Notes under the pieces: generated by a model | What the model saw: the letters and a program-made list of their open reading frames with translations, nothing else | The model's database searches: none | What the model was told of the DNA's origin: nothing | Shown here: positions 1 through 9,160 of the stretch, one piece after another | How the letters are laid out: each line of letters starts with the position of its first letter | Position numbering within the stretch: the first letter of the stretch is position 1 | Assembly: GCA_963706325.1 (NCBI GenBank) | Contig: CAVPLT010000007.1 | Span: 800,001-864,000, forward strand | From: an uncultured Nitrospiraceae bacterium | GTDB taxonomy: Bacteria; Nitrospirota; Nitrospiria; Nitrospirales; Nitrospiraceae | Length of the DNA: 64,000 bases | Direction of reading: 5' to 3' | Made by a program: the position numbers and the translations under genes

Positions 1-1080
1 AACTTTTTCGAAACCGTGGAAATCCTGCCGCAGCAGGTGGAGCCCGATAAGGTCGATCTTAACGTGAAGGTTAAAGAGAAGCCGACCGGTCAGTTCAGCA
101 TCGGCGGCGGGTTCAGCACCCTGGATAAACTCGTGGCGATTGCGGATATCACCGAAGGTAATCTGGGTGGCAATGGATGGCTGGGCCGTATCCGCGGGCA
201 GTTGGGTCAGCAACGGTCATTGGGGCTGGTCACGTTCCGGAATCCCTACGTGAACGATTCGTATAACGCCTTGCAGCTGGATATTTACCGGACGATGACC
301 AACTACATTTCCTATTATGAAGAGAAATCCGGTGCGAGCGTGACCTGGAGCCGGTGGTTGTCCGAGTATGTGAATGCAAGCGCCAGCCTCTTCGCTGAAG
401 AGCTTACATACAAGGACCCTCAGGCGGGCCTGTGTCCAGATCTGATCCCTTTGATCTGCACCCAGCTTGGAACGCAATCGTCGACTGGCGTGCGCACCTC
501 GATCTTTCGGGACACGCGGGACTACTACCTCGACCCGCGAACCGGATGGCGGTTCGGCCTTGGCGCAGATTACGGCACTCCTGCGCTGGGAGGTACCAAT
601 CATTTTTATAAATTCACCGTCGATGTCATCAAATATACCCCGTTAATCTATGACACGCGCTATTCGTTCCATGTCCGTTATGGACAGGTAGAAGGACTTG
701 AAGGCAAGCCGATTCCCCTGACCGAGCGGTTTTTCGTGGGAGGCATCAACACCATGCGCGGGTTTGTGTTCGGACGTGCGGGTCCCGTGACGCCGTCCGG
801 ATCGCTCTTGGGTGCCGCCAAACAGCTCATTTTTAACAACGATTTTATTTTCACGATTTCATCCGAAGCGAAACTGAACGGCGTCCTGTTCTTCGACTAC
901 GGCAACGGTTTCGACGACAATGAGGCGGTGGAATTCAGTAAAATGAGAAAAGCAGTTGGATTTGAGGCCCGATGGATTTCTCCGTTCGGTCCGTTGCGTG
1001 CGGCCTATGGCATCAATCTCGATCCCCGGCCGACTGAACGTACGGGGGTCTTTGAGTTTACGATCGGCTCTTTGTTTTGA
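1..1080 (+). CDS. bamA: Outer membrane protein assembly factor BamA, C-terminal part (5' truncated by window)
   Basis: Frame open from base 1; end of POTRA5 (VKVKEKPTG), beta-barrel, loop-6 motif MRGF, WISPFGPL, terminal FEFTIGSLF; followed by skp/fabZ/lpxA. Confidence 0.95.
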   Translation, partial: NFFETVEILPQQVEPDKVDLNVKVKEKPTGQFSIGGGFSTLDKLVAIADITEGNLGGNGWLGRIRGQLGQQRSLGLVTFRNPYVNDSYNALQLDIYRTMTNYISYYEEKSGASVTWSRWLSEYVNASASLFAEELTYKDPQAGLCPDLIPLICTQLGTQSSTGVRTSIFRDTRDYYLDPRTGWRFGLGADYGTPALGGTNHFYKFTVDVIKYTPLIYDTRYSFHVRYGQVEGLEGKPIPLTERFFVGGINTMRGFVFGRAGPVTPSGSLLGAAKQLIFNNDFIFTISSEAKLNGVLFFDYGNGFDDNEAVEFSKMRKAVGFEARWISPFGPLRAAYGINLDPRPTERTGVFEFTIGSLF

Positions 1081-1121
1081 GGCGGATGTTTGAACGCGTG
1101 CGGGGGAAAGGAATCAGCCGA

Positions 1122-1697
1122 ATGGGTGGACTTGTGTGGCATGCAAGGATGAGGACCGCCGGATGGGCTGGGGGCTGTATGGTGCTCCTGGCCGCGGCGT
1201 TGCTGGTCGGCGGATGCCGGTCGAACCAGTCGACGGTGCCGACATCAACCCGCATCGGAGTGGTGGATCCTCAGCGGGTGCTGAGCGAGACCAATGTGGG
1301 GAAAAAGGCCAAAGACATGCTGGCTTCCTTTGCGAAGAATCGGCAGGCGCTCATCGAGTTGGAAGAAAAAGAATTGCGCCGAATGGAAGAAGATTTCATG
1401 AAGCAGGGCAGTGTGCTGAGCGCGAACGCCAAACGTGAGCGGGAAGAACTTTTTCGACGCCGCATGGCCGAATATCAGCAGAAGGTGACCGACCTGAATC
1501 GGGAAGTGCAGGATAAGCAAAAAGATGTGTTGGATAGTTTCCGTGACAAGATTGAGGCCATGTGTGCGAAAGTTGCCAAACGTCTGGAGCTACAGGCGGT
1601 TTTTGATCGTGGGCGTGGAGGGCCGACGATTTATTTCGACGAGGCGGTGGATGTGTCGTCGCAACTGATCGAAGAATTCAACAAAACATACCCATGA
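1122..1697 (+). CDS. skp: OmpH/Skp family chaperone, predicted lipoprotein
   Basis: IGVVDPQRVL start of Skp domain, coiled-coil body, DVSSQLI end; hydrophobic stretch ending LLVGGC (lipobox-like); start chosen from purine-rich SD near 1102-1112, start uncertain. Confidence 0.85.
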   Translation: MGGLVWHARMRTAGWAGGCMVLLAAALLVGGCRSNQSTVPTSTRIGVVDPQRVLSETNVGKKAKDMLASFAKNRQALIELEEKELRRMEEDFMKQGSVLSANAKREREELFRRRMAEYQQKVTDLNREVQDKQKDVLDSFRDKIEAMCAKVAKRLELQAVFDRGRGGPTIYFDEAVDVSSQLIEEFNKTYP

Positions 1698-1708
1698 TGA
1701 GGGACTCT

Positions 1709-2245
1709 ATGACAAGACGAAATTTGATCGTAGCGGGTGTTCTGCAGATTTTGCTGGCATGGCTGGCACAACCCGTTCAGGCGGCGGATCGCGTGAAGGT
1801 GGCGATGATGGACCAGCAGCAAGTCATTGAGCGGACGGTGGCGGGGAAGCGCGCCTTGGAGGATCTCAAAACGTATTCCACTACGCGTCAGAAAATCATC
1901 GACTCCGACGATCAAGAGTTGAAGGAGCTTGAGAAGGGGGTCCAGGACGCGACTCTCTCGGAGGAAGTACGCAAAGAGAAACAGGAGCATTTCCGTACCA
2001 AGCTCGAGGCGTACCAGCGGCGGATTCAGGACTTCAACCGCGAAGTGCAGGAAAAACAGCGCGCGATGGTGGCGGAGTATGCCCAAAAGATTCAGGCCGC
2101 CGCGTCGGCGGTGGCTCAAAAAGAAGGCTATATCGCCGTAATCGACAAAGGCAGCGAGTCGACGGTCAAGATTGTGCTCTACAGCCACCCCTCGATCGAT
2201 CTCACGGACCAGATCGTCAAGGAGTTCGATCGACAGAACAAATAG
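1709..2245 (+). CDS. skp: Second OmpH/Skp family chaperone
   Basis: Signal peptide ending [19 protein letters not shown]...VLY...[19 protein letters not shown] 1699-1704 (alternative start 1694). Confidence 0.88.
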   Translation: MTRRNLIVAGVLQILLAWLAQPVQAADRVKVAMMDQQQVIERTVAGKRALEDLKTYSTTRQKIIDSDDQELKELEKGVQDATLSEEVRKEKQEHFRTKLEAYQRRIQDFNREVQEKQRAMVAEYAQKIQAAASAVAQKEGYIAVIDKGSESTVKIVLYSHPSIDLTDQIVKEFDRQNK

Positions 2246-2288
2246 TCAAATCGTTGCAGTCGTCTACGCAATACAGGAGGCGGGGCTG

Positions 2289-2744
2289 ATGTCAGTGATG
2301 GACAGCATGGAAATTCAATTGATCCTTCCCCATCGGTATCCGTTCTTGCTCGTCGATCGTATACGCGAGCTGGATCCGGACCGTCGTATCGTGGGCATCA
2401 AGAATGTGTCGATCAACGAGCCATTCTTCCAAGGCCATTTTCCCGGGCGGCCGGTCATGCCGGGTGTCTTGATTCTAGAGGCTTTGGCCCAGGTCGGTGG
2501 GGTGCTGGCATTCAAATCATTCGGCTCCGTCGGCCGTCCGGTGGTGTATTTGACGGGGATCGATGGAGCCAAGTTCAGGAAGCCCGTCGTGCCAGGCGAT
2601 ATCCTCCGACTGGAAGTGGACGTCATAAAAAAGCGCCCGCCCTTTTGGAAAATGCAAGGCAAAGCCTTCGTCGACACAGAGCTGGTGTGTGAGGCGGAAG
2701 TTACCGCCATGGTGACCGATGAAAAGGCAGCAGGTGGACAATAA
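2289..2744 (+). CDS. fabZ: 3-hydroxyacyl-ACP dehydratase
   Basis: [48 protein letters not shown] 2275-2280. Confidence 0.97.
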   Translation: MSVMDSMEIQLILPHRYPFLLVDRIRELDPDRRIVGIKNVSINEPFFQGHFPGRPVMPGVLILEALAQVGGVLAFKSFGSVGRPVVYLTGIDGAKFRKPVVPGDILRLEVDVIKKRPPFWKMQGKAFVDTELVCEAEVTAMVTDEKAAGGQ

Positions 2745-2812
2745 TTCGTTTCGGTGTCATGACCGGCGGCTATGCTCGGCAGACGGCCGCGGACGATGGT
2801 GAGGAGGTGTGA

Positions 2813-3622
2813 GTGAAGATACATCCGACCGCGGTGATCCATCCCAAAGCGGTACTGGCGGACGACGTGGAAGTAGGGGCCTACTCGGTCGTCGGCGAAC
2901 ACGTTCGGATCGGCGCAGGCACTCGAGTGCTGTCACATGTGTGTATCGATGGTTGGACCGACATCGGAGAGCGGTGCGAATTGCATCCCTTTGTGTCGGT
3001 GGGCGGACCCCCGCAACACATGCAGTATAAGGGTGAGTCCACCAAGGTGGTGATCGGGCACGACAATATTCTGCGCGAGTATGTGACCGTCAATCGGGCG
3101 ACGGCGCAGGGTGGCGGCGTGACCAGCGTGGGCCATTCTAATTTCTTGATGGCGTATGTGCATGTCGCGCACGACTGCCATCTCGGTAATCATCTGATTC
3201 TGGCGAATGCGGCGAGCTTGGCCGGGCACATCACCATCGGTGACCATGCGATTATCGGCGGTCTGTCGGGCATCCATCAATTTGTTCGCATCGGCGCCTA
3301 TTCGATGGTCGGGGGCTGCTGCGCGCTCGGCCAGGATCTGCCGCCCTTTATGCGGGCCGCTGGTGGCTATCGTGCGCGGATGTTTGGCTTGAATTCGATC
3401 GGGTTGCGCCGCCATGGCTTTTCCTCCGAGCGTATCTCAGCCTTGAAACACGCATACGAAGTGCTGTTTCGCTCGGGGCATCGGGTGGCGGAAGCCGTCA
3501 AATTAGCGCGTGAGAACTTCGCTGGCAGTCAGGACGTCATGCAGGTGGCCGATTTCATGGAAGGCACAAAGCGGGGCATTTGCCGTTCAGTCGGCAAGCA
3601 TCAAGAGGGCGAAGAGGAGTAG
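2813..3622 (+). CDS. lpxA: Acyl-ACP--UDP-N-acetylglucosamine acyltransferase
   Basis: Hexapeptide repeats, MAYVHVAHDC, LAGH, HQFVRIG, GLNSIGLRR; GTG start behind GAGGAGG. Confidence 0.96.
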   Translation: MKIHPTAVIHPKAVLADDVEVGAYSVVGEHVRIGAGTRVLSHVCIDGWTDIGERCELHPFVSVGGPPQHMQYKGESTKVVIGHDNILREYVTVNRATAQGGGVTSVGHSNFLMAYVHVAHDCHLGNHLILANAASLAGHITIGDHAIIGGLSGIHQFVRIGAYSMVGGCCALGQDLPPFMRAAGGYRARMFGLNSIGLRRHGFSSERISALKHAYEVLFRSGHRVAEAVKLARENFAGSQDVMQVADFMEGTKRGICRSVGKHQEGEEE

Positions 3623-3626
3623 GCCT

Positions 3627-4469
3627 GTGGGGAAGCACGGCGCCGATGGCATTCCTGCCTCGGATGGGCAGCGTATCGGTCTGATCGCGGGCAATGGCCG
3701 CTTTCCGATCATTTTTGCCGACAATGCAAAGCGACTTGGATATTCCGTGTCCGCGGTGGCCCATGAAGGCGAAACAGATCCCGAGCTAGAACGGCATGTG
3801 GATCGCATTCACTGGATCAAGATCGGGCAGTTCGGCAAGTTGATTGAGGCGCTCAAGGGGGACGATGTCCAGCGAGCGGTCATGCTGGGGGGCATCAGGA
3901 AGACCCATGTCTTTTCTACGGTTCGACCGGACTTTCGCGCCTTGGCCTTGGCTGCCAAACTGATTCATCTCAAGGATGACGACATTCTTCGCCGAGTGGC
4001 CGAGGAGATCGAACAGGAAGGCATCCAGATCTGCGAGTCCACATTCGGGCTCCAAGGAATTCTCGTCGAAGCGGGCACCTTGACGAGACGGGAACCGAGC
4101 AAGAAGGAATGGGAGGACATTCGCTACGGCTGGGATGTGGGTAAAGAGATCGGCGCGTTAGACATCGGCCAGTGCGTAGTGGTGAAGGATCGGGTGATCG
4201 TCGCTGTGGAGGCCGTCGAGGGCACCGATGGAGCGATTCGTCGCGGCGGCGAACTGGCGCAAGGAGGCGCGGTGGTGGTGAAGCGATGCAAGCCCCAACA
4301 GGATCTCCGATTCGATCTTCCGGCGGTCGGTCCACTGACGATTGAGGTGATGGCGGCCGTTAAGGCTTCCGTCCTGGCGCTGGAAGCAGAACGAGGCATT
4401 CTGTTGGACCGCGACGAGACGATCGCGAAGGCCAACCGTGCCGGCATTGCCATTGTCGGACTTACGTGA
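3627..4469 (+). CDS. lpxI: UDP-2,3-diacylglucosamine pyrophosphatase LpxI
   Basis: IGLIAGNG.FP, DIGQCVVV, AVEAVEGTD, KPQQDLRFDLPAVG; directly after lpxA; GTG start behind GAGGAG. Confidence 0.93.
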   Translation: MGKHGADGIPASDGQRIGLIAGNGRFPIIFADNAKRLGYSVSAVAHEGETDPELERHVDRIHWIKIGQFGKLIEALKGDDVQRAVMLGGIRKTHVFSTVRPDFRALALAAKLIHLKDDDILRRVAEEIEQEGIQICESTFGLQGILVEAGTLTRREPSKKEWEDIRYGWDVGKEIGALDIGQCVVVKDRVIVAVEAVEGTDGAIRRGGELAQGGAVVVKRCKPQQDLRFDLPAVGPLTIEVMAAVKASVLALEAERGILLDRDETIAKANRAGIAIVGLT

Positions 4470-4521
4470 TGTCAGTGGATATTGGAACGGAGGCTGGTTT
4501 CGGCATGCGGAGCGGATTTCG

Positions 4522-5511
4522 ATGAAGCCGCTGCGGGCCGGGGTCATCGGCGTAGGCCACCTGGGCCAGCACCACGCCCGGCATTATGCGACTCTGCCCG
4601 GTTCGATTTTGGTGGGAGTCTTTGACGCGGATGCAACCCGCGCCAAGCTCATTGCCGACCGCCATGCGGTGCAGGCATGGACGGATCTCAACGACCTGCT
4701 GAGGAACGTGGAAATCGTCAGCGTGGTCGCCCCGACCTCCGCCCACTTTGCGGCGACGAAAGCCTGTCTGGAAGCCGGCAAACATGTGCTGGTAGAAAAG
4801 CCGATTGCCGCGACATCGGCCGAAGCCCGGGAGTTGGTCGCCCTCGCCGCGGAGCGCGGTTGTCTCCTGCAGGTCGGCCACAGCGAGCGGTTCAATCCGA
4901 TCATGCAACGCATGCGTTCCTACATTGATCGGCCGGCCTTTGTGGAATGTCATCGATTGAGCGCGTTTGGAGAACGAGGGACCGATGTCGACGTGGTGCT
5001 GGATCTGATGATTCATGATTTGGATTTGGTGCTGTCGTTCAATCCGGGACCCGTCGAGGAAGTTCGTGCAGCCGGTGTGCCGGTGCTCTCGTCCAACATC
5101 GATATTGCCAATGCTCGCATTGCCTTTGCGAGCGGATGCGTAGCGAATGTGACAGCCAGTCGTGTCTCGACCAACAAAATGCGCCGGTTGCGGGTATTTC
5201 AGCGCGACCGCTATGTCTCGATCGATTTCCAAACGCGCCAGGCGGTTGTGTCCCGCCGCACACAGACCACTGGGGCCAAGCCGGCGATCGACGTCGAATC
5301 GTACCAAGCCGGAGATGATGAGCCATTGCGCCTGGAGTTAGATTCCTTCCTTCAAGCCGTGGCGAGTGGCTCGCGTCCCGTTGTCTCAGGCGAAGACGGC
5401 GAGGCCGCCCTCAACCTGGCCATGCGCGTGTTGGAGGCCATCGGTCAGTTCACCCAGCGCCACCAGGGAGACAGCGCGCCCGAGATCCCGTGGGATTCGA
5501 AACGTGTATAA
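4522..5511 (+). CDS. Gfo/Idh/MocA oxidoreductase, GnnA-like (candidate UDP-GlcNAc 3-dehydrogenase)
   Basis: GVIGVGHLG, HVLVEKP, VGHSERFNP, DVVLDLMIHDLD, TASRVS; between lpxA/lpxI and lpxB. Confidence 0.8.
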   Translation: MKPLRAGVIGVGHLGQHHARHYATLPGSILVGVFDADATRAKLIADRHAVQAWTDLNDLLRNVEIVSVVAPTSAHFAATKACLEAGKHVLVEKPIAATSAEARELVALAAERGCLLQVGHSERFNPIMQRMRSYIDRPAFVECHRLSAFGERGTDVDVVLDLMIHDLDLVLSFNPGPVEEVRAAGVPVLSSNIDIANARIAFASGCVANVTASRVSTNKMRRLRVFQRDRYVSIDFQTRQAVVSRRTQTTGAKPAIDVESYQAGDDEPLRLELDSFLQAVASGSRPVVSGEDGEAALNLAMRVLEAIGQFTQRHQGDSAPEIPWDSKRV

Positions 5512-5550
5512 AGGTTCGGCATCGGTGTCCGCCCGCGTGAAAAGAGCGAC

Positions 5551-6684
5551 ATGCCACGTATCTTAATCGTGACCGGAGAAGCCTCCGGTGACTTGCACGG
5601 CGCCCACTTGGTGAAGGCCTTGAAGCAGCTCTCCCCCTCTTTGCAGATGGTGGGCATCGGTGGTCCCTCGATGCAGGCGGCCGGCGCGGAACTGGTCAAG
5701 GATATCCCGCAAGTGGATGTGATGGGTCTCATCGGCCTGTCAGCGGTGAAGGCGATACTACAGAGGATTTCCAGGGTCAGGCGGCTGATCAGGGGGGAAC
5801 GCTGGGATCTCGTGGTGTTGATCGACAATCCTGGTCTGAATTTTCATTTTGCACGGGTGGCCAAGGCGTGCGGTATCAAAGTGCTGTACTACATTGCGCC
5901 CCAGCTGTGGGCCTGGCGCAAGGGGCGGATGCGCTGGATTCAGCGGCGTGTCGATCACGTGCTCGTGATTCTTCCCTTCGAAGAGCCACTTTATACGCAT
6001 GCGGGCGTGCGTTGTACCTTCGTCGGTAATCCCATTCTGGACGAGGTCGCTCCGTCGTACGACCGCCAAGCGTTGCGCCGGCAGTTCGGCTTGTCGGACG
6101 ACGGCGTGGTGATCGGATTGTTTCCCGGTAGTCGCAAGGGAGAATTGCGCGAACACATGCCATTGCTGTTGGAAACGGCGAAACGCCTCGCGGAGCGCCA
6201 CCCGTCAATGCAATTTATTTTGGCGCAAGCTTCGACGGTTCAAGATGACTTGCTCGGGGAACTAATGCGGGACAGCTCGGTTCCCATTCGAGTTTTTCGC
6301 AACCAGGCCAGCGAAGTCATGGCCGTATCTGATCTGCTGGTCGTCAAATCGGGCACCTCCACGTTGCAGGCGGCGGTGGTGGGAACCCCGATGATCTTAT
6401 TTTATCGGGCTTCCTCCTGGATCACGTATCGTCTCGCGCGCCTGTTGATCCGAGTGCCCTGGATCGGATTGGCCAATCTAGTCGCGGGACGCGGCATCGT
6501 GCCGGAACTGATCCACGACGAGGCCACGCCGGAACGATTGGTGCAAGAAACCGAACGGCTATTGGCAGATTCGCGCGCGTATGAGGAAATGAAGGCCGCC
6601 CTTTTATCGGTCCGACGGGCATTGGGAAACCCAGGCGCCTCACGTCGCGCTGCGGAAGCCGTTCTTGCCGAGTGTGGGCCATGA
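5551..6684 (+). CDS. lpxB: Lipid-A-disaccharide synthase
   Basis: GEASGDLHG, YYIAPQLWAWR, ILPFE, FVGNP, LFPGSR, SGTSTL, IGLANL. Confidence 0.96.
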   Translation: MPRILIVTGEASGDLHGAHLVKALKQLSPSLQMVGIGGPSMQAAGAELVKDIPQVDVMGLIGLSAVKAILQRISRVRRLIRGERWDLVVLIDNPGLNFHFARVAKACGIKVLYYIAPQLWAWRKGRMRWIQRRVDHVLVILPFEEPLYTHAGVRCTFVGNPILDEVAPSYDRQALRRQFGLSDDGVVIGLFPGSRKGELREHMPLLLETAKRLAERHPSMQFILAQASTVQDDLLGELMRDSSVPIRVFRNQASEVMAVSDLLVVKSGTSTLQAAVVGTPMILFYRASSWITYRLARLLIRVPWIGLANLVAGRGIVPELIHDEATPERLVQETERLLADSRAYEEMKAALLSVRRALGNPGASRRAAEAVLAECGP

Positions 6685-8417
6685 AACATTATCTCCGGCT
6701 CATCAAGTATCTGGAACCGTATCGATTTCGATTAGGGGCCGCCTTTGTATGTGCGCTACTCGTAGCAGGTCTCTCGGCCGCCTATGCCTGGTTGGTTCGG
6801 CCGGTGCTCGACGGCTTGTTCATCAGCAAAGATGAAAGTCTGTTGCTGGTGCTTCCCATCGCCATTTTGGCCGTGGCGATCCTCAAGGGAGTATTTAACT
6901 ACGGCCAAAATTATTTGATGAACTATGTCGGGAATCAGGTGATCGGTGACATTCGAGAGCAACTGTTCTCTAAGCTGGTGCGATTGCCGGTTCACTTTCA
7001 CGATACCAATACGTCCGGCCGCTTGGTGTCGCGTGTCATTAACGATGTGAATCAGATGGCCAATGCCGTCACCGGTGTCCTCAAAGATTTGTTCCAGCAA
7101 GGTCTCACGTTCCTGGCGATGATGGGCGTGATCGTCTATCAAAACTGGAAGTTGGCGATGGTCTCGATGGTCGTCGTTCCCCTGTCGGTAGTCACGATGG
7201 TGCGGATGGGCCAGCGGTTGCGGAACCTCGCCACGCGCGGGCAGGAGCGGATGGGCGACATGGCCTCAGCGCTTCAGGAAACGCTGGCCGGTATCCGAAT
7301 GGTGAAGTCGTTCGGAAGGGAAGAGGAAGAGGCCAAACGGTTTCGTGAAAGCAACGATGCCTTCATCCACACCACGATGAAAGCCATCCAGGTGTCCTCT
7401 CTGGGTTCCTCCCACATGGAAGTGATCGGTGTGCTCGGCATCGCGGGGATCATTTGGTATGGCGGATTTCTGGTGATCCATGATGAAATGACCCCCGGCG
7501 CGTTTTTCTCGTTTCTCGCGGCCATGTTCATGGCCTACACGCCGATCAGAAGACTGTCAGGCGCCAATAACACAGTTCAGCAGGCGTTGGCGGCTGCCGA
7601 ACGGGTGTTCGACGTTCTTGATCTCCCGACCGAGCAGGTTGTCAATGGAGGGCATACCGATCTCCCATCGATTTCCCGCTCGCTCGAGTTCAGGCAAGTT
7701 GCTTTTCGGTATGATGGTCAGATCGATGCAGCCCTGACCGGTATCGATTTAATGATTCGCGCAGGCGAGGTCATTGCCTTCGTGGGGAGCAGTGGGAGTG
7801 GAAAAACTACATTAGTGAGTTTGTTGCCGAGATTCTACGAGCCGACCGGTGGACAGATTTTGATCGATGGGGTGGATCTCCGTGCCTGTACTCTACCCTC
7901 GGTGAGGGGACAGATCGGAATTGTGTCCCAGGAAGTCATCCTCTTCGACGATACGGTCCTCAATAACATCGGGTACGGGCGGCAAGGCGCCACCCCTGAA
8001 GATGTGATGCAGGCGGCACAATTGGCGTATGCCCACGATTTCATCCTGCGGATGCCCCAGGGATACGGCACGCTGATCGGGGAGCGCGGTCTGAAATTGT
8101 CGGGCGGCGAGCGCCAGCGAATTGCGATCGCCCGTGCCATTCTCCGCGATCCGCCGGTGTTGATCTTGGATGAAGCCACCTCGGCGTTGGATACGCAGTC
8201 GGAGAGGATCGTGCAATTGGCGCTGGCCAATTTAATGAAGAATCGGACGACGCTGGTCGTCGCCCACCGCCTTTCGACGATTCAAAATGCCGATCGTATC
8301 GTGGTCCTGGATCGAGGCACGATCGTCGAGGTGGGGTCGCATGAAGAGCTGCTGCGAAAGGGCGGCATGTACAAGCGATTGCACGCGATGCAGTTCACCG
8401 ATGCGATTCCGGAGTAA
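6681..8417 (+). CDS. msbA: Lipid A export ABC transporter
   Basis: TM domain plus Walker A GSSGSGKTT, LSGGERQR, Walker B ILDEATSALD; ATGA overlap with lpxB stop. Confidence 0.93.
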   Translation: MKHYLRLIKYLEPYRFRLGAAFVCALLVAGLSAAYAWLVRPVLDGLFISKDESLLLVLPIAILAVAILKGVFNYGQNYLMNYVGNQVIGDIREQLFSKLVRLPVHFHDTNTSGRLVSRVINDVNQMANAVTGVLKDLFQQGLTFLAMMGVIVYQNWKLAMVSMVVVPLSVVTMVRMGQRLRNLATRGQERMGDMASALQETLAGIRMVKSFGREEEEAKRFRESNDAFIHTTMKAIQVSSLGSSHMEVIGVLGIAGIIWYGGFLVIHDEMTPGAFFSFLAAMFMAYTPIRRLSGANNTVQQALAAAERVFDVLDLPTEQVVNGGHTDLPSISRSLEFRQVAFRYDGQIDAALTGIDLMIRAGEVIAFVGSSGSGKTTLVSLLPRFYEPTGGQILIDGVDLRACTLPSVRGQIGIVSQEVILFDDTVLNNIGYGRQGATPEDVMQAAQLAYAHDFILRMPQGYGTLIGERGLKLSGGERQRIAIARAILRDPPVLILDEATSALDTQSERIVQLALANLMKNRTTLVVAHRLSTIQNADRIVVLDRGTIVEVGSHEELLRKGGMYKRLHAMQFTDAIPE

Positions 8418-8435
8418 CGACATGGCAAGGCAACA

Positions 8436-9160
8436 ATGAGCGGACCTCCGGCACAGACTCCCTCGGCGACTCCTCCTCCGAAACCATCCTTGTTGAAGCG
8501 GGCGACGAATGCCGTGAAGGTCGCGGTGGTACCGCCGGTCGGGTATCATGTGATCCGACTGTTGAGTCGGACGATGACGCTGCGCGTCGAGGGTGGCGAG
8601 CATCTATCCCAGAGATTCGCTGAGGGGAAACGGGTGATTCTCGCTTTTTGGCATGCCCAGCAATTGATGATGCCGTTGGCTTTTCCAGGCTTGGAGGCCC
8701 ATGTGCTGATCAGTCAGCATCGCGATGGAGAATTGATCCGCCGCATCGTGGCGCGGTTCGGCTTAGACGCCGTTCGTGGTTCGAGCACCAGAGGCGGCGC
8801 GGAGGCCTTTCGGAAGCTGATTCGCCTCGGCCGCTCCGGATCCAATTTGGTGCTCACTCCTGATGGACCGAAGGGCCCGCGGCAAATCGCGAAGGTGGGC
8901 GTAGTCCAGTTAGCGAGGGCGACCGGATTGCCGATCGTCCCCATGGCGTTTGGTTGCTCAAAAAAAAACTCTTCGCCAGCTGGGATCGCTTCATCATGCC
9001 CTATCCGTTCACGCGGGGCTTTATCCGGTTTGGGCCGCCGATCGTCATCCCGTCCGACTCGTCCATTGACGACTTGGATCGCCATCGCCGGGAGTTGGAA
9101 GAGACGCTGAACCGCATGACAATCGAAGCCGATGCGGCGGTCCGGCGGGCCGGTCCGTAA
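8436..9160 (+). CDS. DUF374 / lysophospholipid-acyltransferase-family protein, reading frame split at an A9 run (8960-8968)
   Basis: AFWH, ISQHRDGE, VRGSSTRGG, TPDGPKGP in frame 0; family C-terminus SWDRFIMPYPF..G.PI in the -1 frame (ORF 8954-9160), whose TAA overlaps the waaA ATG. Confidence 0.85.
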
